A DNA stretch of 64,000 bases. Source: the human T2T-CHM13v2.0 reference genome, Homo sapiens. Positions 1-11,200 of this stretch are shown here, piece after piece. The stretch lies in NCBI RefSeq assembly GCF_009914755.1, contig NC_060927.1. The stretch is one strand, 5' to 3'. The translations under genes were made by a program, and so were the position numbers. Position 1 is the first letter of the stretch. Each line of letters begins with the position of its first letter. The notes under the pieces were generated by a model. It was not told the origin of the DNA and ran no database searches. It saw only the letters and a program-made list of their open reading frames with translations.

Positions 1-3000
1 CTGAGGCCTTTATTTCCTCTCAATTTCCTTTTCAGGGATTGGAGGTGGCGTGGGAAGGAGAAATGGAAGAGGATGCTGGAATGTGGTGTGGTAGACGGAA
101 ATGAATGGATATTAAAATGAATTTTACAATCATCACTTGTTAGTAGCCCTCTCAAAAGTATTATAGTAACGACTACTGTTAAAATAAATTTTCTGAAAGC
201 ATACCAGAAAAACTTAATGTCCAATAAACTTAAAAGGCACAGAGGCTCTTAGGGTCTTCCTGAACACCGAGCTTTCAAATCTGGGAGAAACAATCTTATG
301 GCCAGCCATTGCTGCCGTTCACTCTTGTCTCATTACAGAATCCCAGTTGTGGGCCATAAATACCAAGTGGGCATGAGGTAATATAGACAACGCTACTTCC
401 TGCTTAAGCTTCTGCTTCTCTTCTACCCAGTTTCTCAAGGACACACCACCTGGGTATAATCCGGGAATGGTCACAGTAAAAATGACAAAACAATAGTCTC
501 CGGCTCTACCCCAATCAACAAAATAAGTGGATCCCAATCCTCTGTCTTCTGATGTCAGGAATGTGTAAGTTGTATCATGTGTCCACAAGTGTGTGCCTCA
601 GTGTCTCCATTTCCTTGGAGGCTCCTGAAGATCCCCAGTTGCTGCAATGATGTCACTCTTCCTGGAGGTAATTGCTGCTGCTGTCGTCACGTCCCAGCAC
701 CACCTATGTTGGTTGCATCTCCTCATTCTCCTCTGATCTTTATCATACAGTCTTTTGGCTTGAGCTGGGTGAAGAAGCTTGGGAAAGACTAGGAATAAAC
801 TCTACTGGTACGAGGCCATAAAGCAAAGCAGCTTCTACTCCATCCCATCTTTCGTTTACTTGGCTCCTCATTTCAGTCCCTTATTCCTTTTCCACCCACC
901 CCACTCCCCAGCCAGAAAAAAAAATTGTGTGTGACGCATCACTGTGGAACTCAAAGCATCATATAACCTCACTCTCCTCTAGGCAATATCCCTCGACCAA
1001 ATACATGTCTGTGTTCTGATTCTGCTTGGGATCTGTTCCTTCCCCATCTCGTACACAGCCTGGGAAGTAAGACAGTCCTGGGGCTTAGCTCTGGGGACCA
1101 GGGACAGCCCTGGTCCCAATATCATTAAATCAATATGCTTCCTCCAAGGCTTTTTGGGTGCCTTTAATCAAGTAAAATCAGGCCGGCTTATCCTGCCAAC
1201 TACACATGTCTGAATGGCAAGCTGTTTTGGTGCTTTATCTGGGATCCTCACTACTCATTTATCACGTGAATCCAAACAAAACAAACCACTTGTAAAGTAC
1301 AGACATTTCAAACAATAAGGGAGTCTCCAAATAGAGGGCTAAGGTTATAGTCAGCTCTTCAGGAATCCAGCAGGGTCTTTACCATTACATGTCACCTATT
1401 ATAATTGTAACCCTGGTAAAGGCTGTTTATGAACAAAGCATATTTAAAAGCTTGGAAAATTTTTTATGTTGACAAGAGAGGCCATTGCAGGTTTTTAAGA
1501 AGGGAAGCAAAATTATTCACATTGTATTTTGGAAGATAATTATGGCAGAATGGGGAATGGTTGGGGAAATAAGAGTGTAATGGAGAAAAAATTTCCAGAA
1601 AACAGATTTGCATATGTATTTACATAAATGAGATTGGTTGTATTCAATAAAAATGGATGAACAGTTTGATGAGGTGTTCAAGTAATAAAAAATAATTTAA
1701 GAGATAGGGAAGCTACCCACTCAGGCCTTAGAATTACAGGTCCTTGGGGTGAGAAGTAGGGTTGGGGAGCCAAGCATCAGAGTTCAGAAAAGCCATGCGT
1801 TTAGTCTCTATGTGCCAGGTCTTTGCATTTTTTCTCACTTTTCATTGCTTAGATAATTGGTTTCAGTGATTTATCTGAAAGACTCTTTATTTCCCCCAAG
1901 CATTCTCCATTCTGCCATAGTTACCTTCCTAAAGTACAATGTGAATCATTTTACTCCCTTTCTCAACCTGCAATGGCCATTTTTGTCAATAGAAAAAAAA
2001 AGTGCAACTCTTTAATATGCTTTGGTCATAAACAGCCTTTACCAGGTTTACAATAACAGGTAACATGTAACGGGAAGCCCTTGACACAATGATCAAGAGA
2101 CTTGGAGTCCCAGCTATGCAACTCACTAGCTATGAGATCTTGGACAGCGTTATGTAGCCACTAAGCCTCAGTATCCTTCGTAAAATGGGAACAGTAATAG
2201 TATCTAATTCATTGGGCTCATGTGAAGATTAAATGAGAGTAAATGAACAATATTTCCCACTTCTCTCATATGTCACTCTAGTATATTTTCTGTTTCTCAC
2301 ATCTATCATTCATTGTCATAGCTTTGCCTCTGTTTTCCCAGCTACATATGCCTCTCCCATGCCAAAACCCTCTACCCATTTTCCATGAGCAAAACTTTTC
2401 TCAGAATTCAAGACCTGGTTTGAATACCACATCCTCTAACAGTGCATCCCTTGGCTCTTCCTCCATCAAAATATATACCACTTTATTATCCTCCATTTGT
2501 GTGTCTCTGTTATCCCTTCATTCTCCCTGATATTACAATTTGTAATTCACATATTTGACTCTCTTTTCTACTGGATTATATATTATCTAAGGATCATTTC
2601 ACTTTTCTTCCACTCCTAGGACCTACCAGAATGATTTACACACAAAAAAAGCACTCCATTTGGTTGTAATTATTCATTAAAATTTACTTACTTCAAAATT
2701 TCAGTCCTACTGTAATTGAGTTCTCTTCTTTTGATGTCATAATATAGAATGTATAAAAATATTAATTATCCAAACTCTAAATATTAATTTTTACTTAAAA
2801 TTAATTTTTTCCCTATACTCCTATAGCATAGTAGAAAAATCCCACTGGTAATTTGGTTTCCATGGCATAATATGATAAAAAAATTATCTTAGAGATTGTT
2901 AGCTGAGTTTTTTAAAGCAAATTTATTTTATGATTATAAAAGTTATGTAAAAACATTATAAAATCTTGGAAAAGAGAGAAAAAGCACTGCATATCCTTCC

Positions 3001-3024
3001 TGTCAAACATGAGCCTGTTCTCTA

Positions 3025-3172
3025 AGGCCTTGCTACTCAAAGTGTAGTCTGGGCCAGGAGTATCTGCATCGGTTAGAAGCTTGTTGAATATTTGGACTAT
3101 CAGGTCCATCTCAAATCGATTTAATCAGAATATGATTGATTCACATAGTAATATCTGAAAAGCACTGCTCTA
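3025..3172. mobile_element. MER5-like hAT-Charlie DNA transposon relic
   Basis: Ends 'gctactcaaagtgtagtc...' and '...ctgaaaagcactgctcta' resemble MER5 termini; recognised by eye, boundaries approximate. Confidence 0.55.
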
Positions 3173-3504
3173 ATACACTCCTTGGAGCTCAGCAGAGCAT
3201 GACATTTACCAAGAGCTTTTACCAAGCATCTCCCTCCTTCCAATAAATACTGAGCACCTGCTATATGCCAAGTACTGTACTAGACACTGTGTTTTCATTT
3301 GCTAGATTTTTCCCAAGACTGACTCAGGAATATATGGAAAAAGTGTTGCCCTCCTTTTGAATTGTTTTCTTGGGCAAATCAAGTAACTGTAAATTTAAAA
3401 GCTGCCAATTTCAGAGAGGTGCAAATCATCTCATTCTGAAGTGGTTCTACTTCCTTTCAAGTTCTCACTTAGTAATGTTGCTAAGTCTCTAAAATTCGAG
3501 GCTT

Positions 3505-3801
3505 TTTTGCTTTTTTTTTTTTGAGATGGAGTCTCACTCTGTCACCAAGCTGGAGTGCAGTGGCGGATCTCAGCTCACTGCAACCTCCACCCCCCCGGGT
3601 TCAAGCGATTCTCCTGCCTCAGCCCCCTGAGTAGCTGGGGCTACAGGCATGCGCCACCACACCCAGCTAATTTTTGTATTTTTAGTAGTGACTGGGTTTC
3701 ACCATGTTTGCCAGGATGGTCTTGATCTCTTGACCTCATGAGCCACCCTTCTCGGCCTCCCAAAGTGCTGGGATTACAGACGTGAGCCACTGCGCCCGGC
3801 C
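3505..3801 (-). mobile_element. Alu SINE (AluS-type), antisense
   Basis: Poly-T, then gagatggagtctcactct...cccaaagtgctgggattacagacgtgagccactgcgcccggcc; full dimer. Confidence 0.95.
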
Positions 3802-5149
3802 AAATTTGATGCTTTCTAAATATCACTCATTCCTTTCATTAACAGCTGAAAAATAAGGGGGAAAAAAGGCACTAAAATTAACATTTCACAGTAGAGACTA
3901 AAGAATACATTGTGTTTGCCTTATACCGCTTCCATAAAGTTTTATGTTTGGAAATTTTAGGCTGAAGGGAAGCCCTGAAAGCTGTCACTTCAAAAATAAA
4001 TCTTAAGATATTACTTCACAGAGTGATTTTTCTAGGAGAGTGGGTGGGAGGAAAAAGCCCAAAAACATTGTTGATGCAAACAGGTAGGTGACATATTACC
4101 AGTATCCTGTGGTGTACTTAAAAACAAAGAATACCACGTTTATACTGAAGTACCCTTTAAGCATTAGGAGATATATGAAAAATATTACACACTTTCTTAA
4201 CATACAAGTGATAATCCTCCAGACCAAACCAAACAAACAAAACAGAAAAACTGGGACTATTATGCAGCAAAGCAGGTTTAAATGAATGTTAATAGCCCGG
4301 AAAAGGAAAGATTGATAAGATGTCAAAAGGGGCCACTATGCAGCAGGAGTTATGTGTATGGAAAGGTGGTTTGGGGCTCAGGAGATAAGGTGGGACCACT
4401 TGGTGATTAAATGTTAGCTGACCTACAGATCTATATATGAGCCTTCAGTCTTGTCTTAGCTCAGGCAACCGCCTTCTTTTCCCATAAGGTCCTCCTGAGT
4501 TACTGAGGACCTGCCTGACCTGGAGCCCTCCAGGACCCTACCGTCAAGCCCTCCGGGTCCCTACCATCAAGTCCAGGGTGCTTTTCTTGATTTGTCTGTT
4601 TGCCACGGTGTCCCTGTGATTTTCATGTGCAAAGTCCTCAGATCAGCAGAGACCTCGTAGTTTTCCGTCACGGAGAAGTACCATTTGAAGGAGTAGGGAA
4701 CACTGCAGAAAGCAGGGAAATGGGTTTGTATGCCTACGAGCCTCCATACCAGCGAGACTCTTTCCAAAATGGGATTTCCAATAGTGCCACCACATTCAGC
4801 TCCCTGAATGCTTCCAGACTTTCATTTCATCTACTAAAGGGAATTATGTCAGCAACCCTCCCTGCCTGGTGGGGGTACTGTGAAGAGCAAATGCGACAAG
4901 GAATTTGAAAGAAAGTTCCAAACAACAGGACAATACAAATATGTTTCATTATTGCCTCCTCTGTAAAATGGGAATAACTGCACAGAACTGCTGCGTAGTG
5001 ATGTGTAGGTGAAGCTTAATTATGTAATGCCTGAAACACAAACCATCCTAGATGTTGTCATCCAAATATGAGATACAGCACCTTTCTGGGCCTCTTACCT
5101 ATCATATTTCTGCTGCTTCTGTGGTTTACGGAAATTGTAACCCTTTCCG

Positions 5150-6000
5150 TGTGTGTATGGGTGTGTGTGCGCGCGTGTCTGAAAGAAGGAAGGAAACATT
5201 TGCGGTCGCGGTGAACATCTGAGTGCTGACTGTGTGAGGGGCTGGAGGAAAGAGGACCTATCTGAGGACCGACTGGCCGAAGCCTGCAAGTTTCCACAAA
5301 TGCAGTCGCTGCCGCGGCGTCTGTCTACACACACACTGGAAGGCAAGAGTAACGGAGGGAGGAGACTGGGGAGCAGGGAAGGCGTGGGAGCGGGACAGAG
5401 GGGCAGCCCGGAGAGCGCTGGCCAATCGGAGCGCGCTCCGCCAGCGGCCAATCACGGGCCGCCTAGCCCGGCAAATCTGCCCGGCAGTGCGGGGAGGGGC
5501 TGCTGGGAGTCCTGGTGCCGCCGGCTGCACTTCTGTGTGTCTTTCAGGAAGCCACAGGGCAGGGGGCGTCTGTGCAGAGAAGCGGGGGAGTGAGTAGCAG
5601 GCAGGCCCAGCTTGTGTACCAGCCCAGTGACATATATAGAAACATAAATCAGGCTAGAGCCGGCGCGCCCGGGCGCGCACCTGTGTATGGACCCGCAGGC
5701 ATGTCTGTACACTGGGTGGGCACCTGTCTTGTGAGTGGCTCCGGGTGTGGCTGCTCCTCGGACTTTCAGTTTATGTAAGATTTATCTCTAGGGGCCTACC
5801 TTCCCCCATCTCCAGAGGGGAACATAAGAAGTTTAACGGAGCTGGGACTGAGCAGATTAAGGGAGTGGAGCGGAGGCTGGGCCGGAGAGAGTGGGGACTG
5901 TGAGTGCTAGTGGGTAAGGATCCATCTGTTTGCCCCGTCCCCCAGCCAGAAAGGCATTTTGGAAAGACTGGCGTGGCAAGCGTCGCCCTGAAACGTCCAC
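5150..6000 (+). promoter_or_regulatory. PLCXD2: CpG-island promoter / 5'UTR of PLCXD2 with two CCAAT boxes and a GC box
   Basis: High CpG density against an AT-rich background; CCAAT at 5422-5426 and 5448-5452; GCGGGGAGGGG at 5489-5499; directly upstream of coding exon 1. The exact TSS cannot be read from sequence. Confidence 0.85.
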
Positions 6001-6071
6001 AGAGCCCAAGAAGTGATGATCACTGAGTGAGTGGCACTGGGCTGAGACTGGCCAGTTTGTTAACAACAGGG

Positions 6072-6234
6072 ATGCTAGCAGTTAGGAAGGCCAGGAGGAA
6101 ACTCAGGATGGGGACCATCTGCTCCCCCAACCCCAGCGGGACAAAGACATCATCGGAGGTCTGCAATGCCGACTGGATGGCCTCGCTCCCCCCTCACCTC
6201 CACAACCTCCCCCTTTCCAATCTGGCAATCCCAG
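6072..6234 (+). CDS. PLCXD2: PLCXD2 coding exon 1 (MLAVRKARRKLRMGTICSPNPSGTKTSSEVCNADWMASLPPHLHNLPLSNLAIP-G)
   Basis: ATG 6072; PI-PLC X-domain N-terminal motif 'WMASL...PLSNLAIPG'; donor CCAG|gtattc after 6234; 163 nt, phase 1, joins exon 2 to form IPGSHDS. Confidence 0.95.
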
Positions 6235-7489
6235 GTATTCGTCTATTCCTACTTGTTCCCACTGTGTTTAATTCTGCCATTTTAGTGTTGTTAAGGGGTT
6301 GGGTTGCTTTTCTATTGTGCTGAGAAATTAATTGTCAGTGACCCCTTTTTATTTCCAAACCAAAAACTTAACACTGAAGCAGCTGCTTTAAAGAGATTGC
6401 AGTACACTGCATCATTGGTAAAAGGACTCATGAAAACAGAAGCATCATTGTTTTTGTTTGTGGTTTTTTTGTTTGTTTGCTTATATTTGCTAGCCCCATT
6501 CTAAGAATATTATCCTTCTTACTGTTGTTATGTGTATGTGAGGGGTGCATTGTCTTAAATCACTTGAAGGGGAAATCAAAGGCAATGAATTAAAAGTCAC
6601 AAACAATTTAGATCTGGATCAAAATTAAAACTGAAAAATATTTTATTTCTCATTTATCTGACCTTGTGTATTGGAAAAACAAAAAATGGATAAGCATTAG
6701 AGAATAGGTTCAGAATCAGAACTGAGTATAAAGACACATTTTTGTTGTTAGAAAGCCAGAATAGAGAATGCAGACTCTCATCACAGGCAGTCATTAGGTG
6801 TGATGAGGTGGTGGTGTTTGAAGCTTTGTCTCTGTATGTATGTATGTATACAGGTGTCTGCCTGACTGATTTAGAACTGCAGCCTTGAAAAGCACTTCTG
6901 CTCCAGCCACTGTCTCTCTGCCGGAGGTTTTATGCCTTGACATCATTTGTTAAATGTGTCCTCTTCCTTCCACTCAGAAGGTGGTTATTGTATGTTTTCT
7001 AGGGAAGGATATTTGGACAGTGAGTTTGGCCTGGTGTGCTGAGCAAGTCCTACAAATGCTGATACTGGAAAGCACTCCTAGAAGCAGGGGATGGACTACT
7101 GCCAATCCTTTATTTCACTCGGAGACATAACAATTGAAGTTCACCCACAGACTACCAGACAAACTCCCAAGTATTCCCTAGACCCGTCTGGGTTTTTTTT
7201 GAGGTTTGGTTGGTTTTTTTGTTTGTTTGTTTTTGGTGGCTGAAAATCTGACCTCATGCAACTCCCGATCTTTGCTTTCTGTGCATGAGGAAGAGCAGTG
7301 GTGGCTTCAAATGCAGGCTTTTCTTTACTCACCTCCTCTTTTGGGTGTCTTCCAGGTTCATTGTCCTCATAGGCCCCGGTTGCTTTTGAGCAAGGAGAGG
7401 GCTGCGAAATTTCTTTATAGTTATGATCATGTATGTTTTATCAGCCATTGACTACAGTTCCTTGGGAAATGCCAGATGGGCATGCTTCA

Positions 7490-8260
7490 GAACAGGTCTT
7501 TTCCATGTTTAATTGGCGCCTGTGGAGTTGTCACTGAAATGATGCACGGGCCACTTTTAACATTAGTCATTTGCCTTCAGGCCTTCTGATGGAATTATTT
7601 TGTTGAGTGATATGGCAGGTAATATGTGTTTGCAAACAGAATGGCATCTTTGGCAGGCCCTAAATGGCTGTGTCATTCAGGGCATGTCCGGGGTAGGTTG
7701 GGGCTTCCTCCTTCCTTGTTGTACTTTGGCTCAAACCATAACTCCAGCTCTGCTAGTGGGTTGGCTGTGTACTCTGACCCCGTGACTGTAGAAAGGAGTT
7801 GGGCATTTGTTCTGTGATTCATAGGATATCTCACAGTTACTAGAATTGCTTGGGTAGCGGGGGAGCAAATAGCTGGTGCCAGCTGCTGAAACTGGAAATT
7901 ATATGATTAGCCACCATGGAGATCATGCAAATTCTTTCACCCTGCTTTGTGAAGTCCGGTCCTGCTAAGGAAAAAGAAAAAAAAATGGCTTTGACTCCTC
8001 AAAAGATGCTGAATTCACTGCTGTGAAATGCCGTTTCCTCAGCAGTGGAAGGGACATTAAGTGTATGTATGTGTAGGCTCAAGACAGGAAAATTACATAT
8101 TAAATGCTAGCCATTCATGGACTTCCCCCTACTAGTTCTCTTTCCTCTACCTCGAGCTTCATACTCACCAGATAAAAGCTGGCAGTCAAGTCAAGTTCTA
8201 CCAGTCCTTGCTGAGAAATCCTGAAATATAGTAGGCATTTGGGAAATGGGGGCCATCATC
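7490..8260 (-). ncRNA. Possible spliced antisense lncRNA in intron 1
   Basis: Minus-strand donor CTG|GTGAGT (intron starts 8168) and acceptor ctcctttctacag| (intron ends 7786); minus-strand ATTAAA near 7508-7513. Outer limits are guesses. I recall an annotated PLCXD2 antisense RNA in this area but cannot verify it. Confidence 0.35.
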
Positions 8261-11200
8261 GTCCCCCTACTTCCTCTTTAACTCTTCCCTCTTATCATCA
8301 TCTGCATCATAATAGCTATTATGTACTGAGCACTACCACGCAGGACCCATTGGCATACATTACCTCCAGTCCTCATAACTCCATGAAGTAGGTATTAACA
8401 TCCTCACTTTAGAGTTAAGAAAATTATTGTTCAAAGAGGTTAAGTAATTTTCTCAAGATCACACAAATAGTAAGTGGTAGATGTTGTATTTAAGCCCCTG
8501 TGTAGCTGCAAAACCCAGGCACTGTCTCTGTGCCCCTGAGGGGTCTTGGGAATGGCAGAGCAGTGGGTGTAATCTTTAACTGAAAGCCAGTTTCTTCAAA
8601 CCATCCTCTGCAGTGAATGAAAGAATTTTTAAAAGCGAGTGGTATTTGTCTAAGTGATTATCACTTTGAATATATAGGTAGATACATACATATTATATGC
8701 ACATCTACTTGTGTACATATATACATATTATATATACATATGCCTGTTTAGAATTGAAACCCAGTAAGTTTTAAATTCAATTTTAGTGCTTCAACCTGTT
8801 GTGTGCGTGTGCGCCCACATGCCCAATCTGGGGCATCTATAGGACTGGGTCAGATCTATCAGGATGGTGATGAGGCGGGGGACATGGGAAAGGGCAGGGA
8901 AAAGGCAAGCCTTCTGGCAACAATAGCAGAAATGAGATGGAGTAAACTATGCCACGTTTGAGTGCACCTGCTGCCTTTGCCTAAGTCATGATGGGAGAGA
9001 ACATGTGTGAATGTGCACCTCTCAACAGAGCCTTGATGTATTATTTTACTTCCGCAACTGTTAAGAACACCTGTTAATGGCCAATACCACCAAACATATT
9101 AAAATATCTTGGAGAAGAACCTCAAAATAATTCTCATTGCTAACTGTATAGAATCATTTGATGTCTGAAGGATAAAGGATCCAGACATCATAAAAGACAG
9201 ATTTTTAAATTAAAGCTTTAAACTCTACAAACATTTTCACTGATTTTTGTAAAAGCGTGATATTCTCTATGGACAAATGGACTAATGGGAAGACATTTCT
9301 CTATAATGTATACTGCTTTTCAATGAATTTTTTCTCTGTACATTTTAATGCTATTTCATTTTTTAAAAAACACTTTCTTTCTTATTAAAGGTAAACTACT
9401 TGGTTTACATTTTGGGAAGGTTCTATTGGGAAGAGCCTTGAACTTAAGGGTTGCAAAATTTATTGTTGATTCTTGCTGTGTAATATTGAAGAAGTATCTA
9501 AATTTCTCAGGACATAGTTTCTTTATTTGTAATTAAGATATTGGGTTAAATGAAATATAGAGTCCTTTCCAGATTAAAAATTATGTGATTAATTTGAGGG
9601 TTTTTTTGTTTTATTTTGTTGCCTGTTCTTTGTCCAATGTAGAAAGAGCTGGAAGGAATGATTGGGTCATTTTAGGTCTAAAACCTATTTCTTTTATGCC
9701 TCTTCAAAACAAGAAAATGTATAAACAAGGTTTCACAATTGCCAGAATGAAGCAGGGTCTATTCACTTTAGCCTCTTAAAAGGGGCTGTAGATTACTTGA
9801 TGCAAATGAACTTTTACCTCATCAGACCCTAAGTGCACTTTAAGAAACCTCCATAGAGATATTTATATATATATGTATATATGTACCTTCATCATACATA
9901 GTTTTTTTAAAAAAGAACTAATTAGAAGAAATTTTAAACCAGAGATATAAATAACATGTTACAGAAGCACACAGAATGGAAAGATTAATTCCACCTTCTG
10001 AGAATTAGGAACTACCTTGTTGAGAAAATAGCATTTGATCTAGAATTTGAGGAATGGTCAAGACTTCAAGGGATATGGGTTGAGGGTCAGGGTTGGGAAG
10101 GAGGCTTTCCAGGTGGAATGGGGGTATATGGGAGTAAATGGGGGTATATGAGGGAAATGGCTAGAGGACACCCTCTCTGGTCCCTCCATATCCCTGTTAT
10201 AGTTTCTTTGTCATAGTACTTCTCAACACATTGTTATTTTTAAGTGTATGTTTTTCCCATGTGAACAACTTGCTGACAGAAAATATCTTATTTTCCTTTA
10301 TAATCCTGAATCGCAGTAGAAGGTAGCAGCGCAGTCATTGGTGACAGTTGAGTGAATAATTGAAAGTATGGAAAGTATGGAGTAAGAATGCTGGAAACAT
10401 GGTTTGCAGCCACCGCTGTTTTTCATTGTGATCAGAGCTGAATAGATTGGTTAAGTTCAGCTTTCACAAATAGCCACATGAAACCATATGAAGATTTTCC
10501 AATCCATTTCTTGTTATTGCGCATAATATTCCTGAAGATTAGGCTTGATAAGGCTCATCACTAAGCCCCATTAGAAATGAAAATTTTGAGGCTGAAAATG
10601 GTCACAAGAGTCAGAAGCAGAGCCCTGGTGTAACTTCTTTTCTAGGAGCGATTCTTTCACCCAACATCCCTCCTGCCTTCCTTCTTCCCTTGTCAAATTA
10701 GAGCTTTTCATCTTTGCTGCCTGGCTGCTGCCTCTCCCAGATCTCATTTCTTGTTCCCCTCTTTGCTTTCTTTCCACTGACCTGACCTGGTCTCCAGCCT
10801 TCCCTTGGCAGGGTCAACCCTTCCACAGGTGCTCCTCACTGCTCTCCGATTCCCAGATGATTCTCTGTTCTCATGTTGCTAGTGATCATTCCCTTCTTTT
10901 CTTTTCTACCTTTCTGGAATCCTATCCTTTTCCTAGCAGTTTTGCCCTTGAGTACTTAGTGATTTCTATAGGTCTTCCTCCTGTGGCCGCACACCCTCTT
11001 CCCACATGTGTGACATGGAGACAAAATCCCTTAGTGGAGCAGGATGGAGTCATTACTCAGATCTTGCTTCTGAAAGTTGAACCAGATTTGGCATATCTAA
11101 AAGAGATTTGGAGACCACCCCAAAAGAGCACAAAATAAATTGTGTAACAAGAAGTTTTGGTTGGCTCTACTTTGAGGATAGTATGAACCGTGAGTTGGCC

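Noticed and set aside
270-800. ORFs 319-588 (-) and 577-792 (+) in moderately GC-rich sequence with AATAAA at ~795
   Set aside because: No recognisable protein similarity, splice structure or repeat identity; cannot be supported as a gene or pseudogene.
5422-5440. ER-stress element-like CCAAT-N9-CTCCG
   Set aside because: Only 3 of 5 positions match the required CCACG half-site.
5058-5778. Cluster of overlapping 79-119 aa ORFs on both strands
   Set aside because: Expected from stop-codon depletion in a CpG island; low-complexity P/G/R/S products, and the track also counts non-ATG starts.
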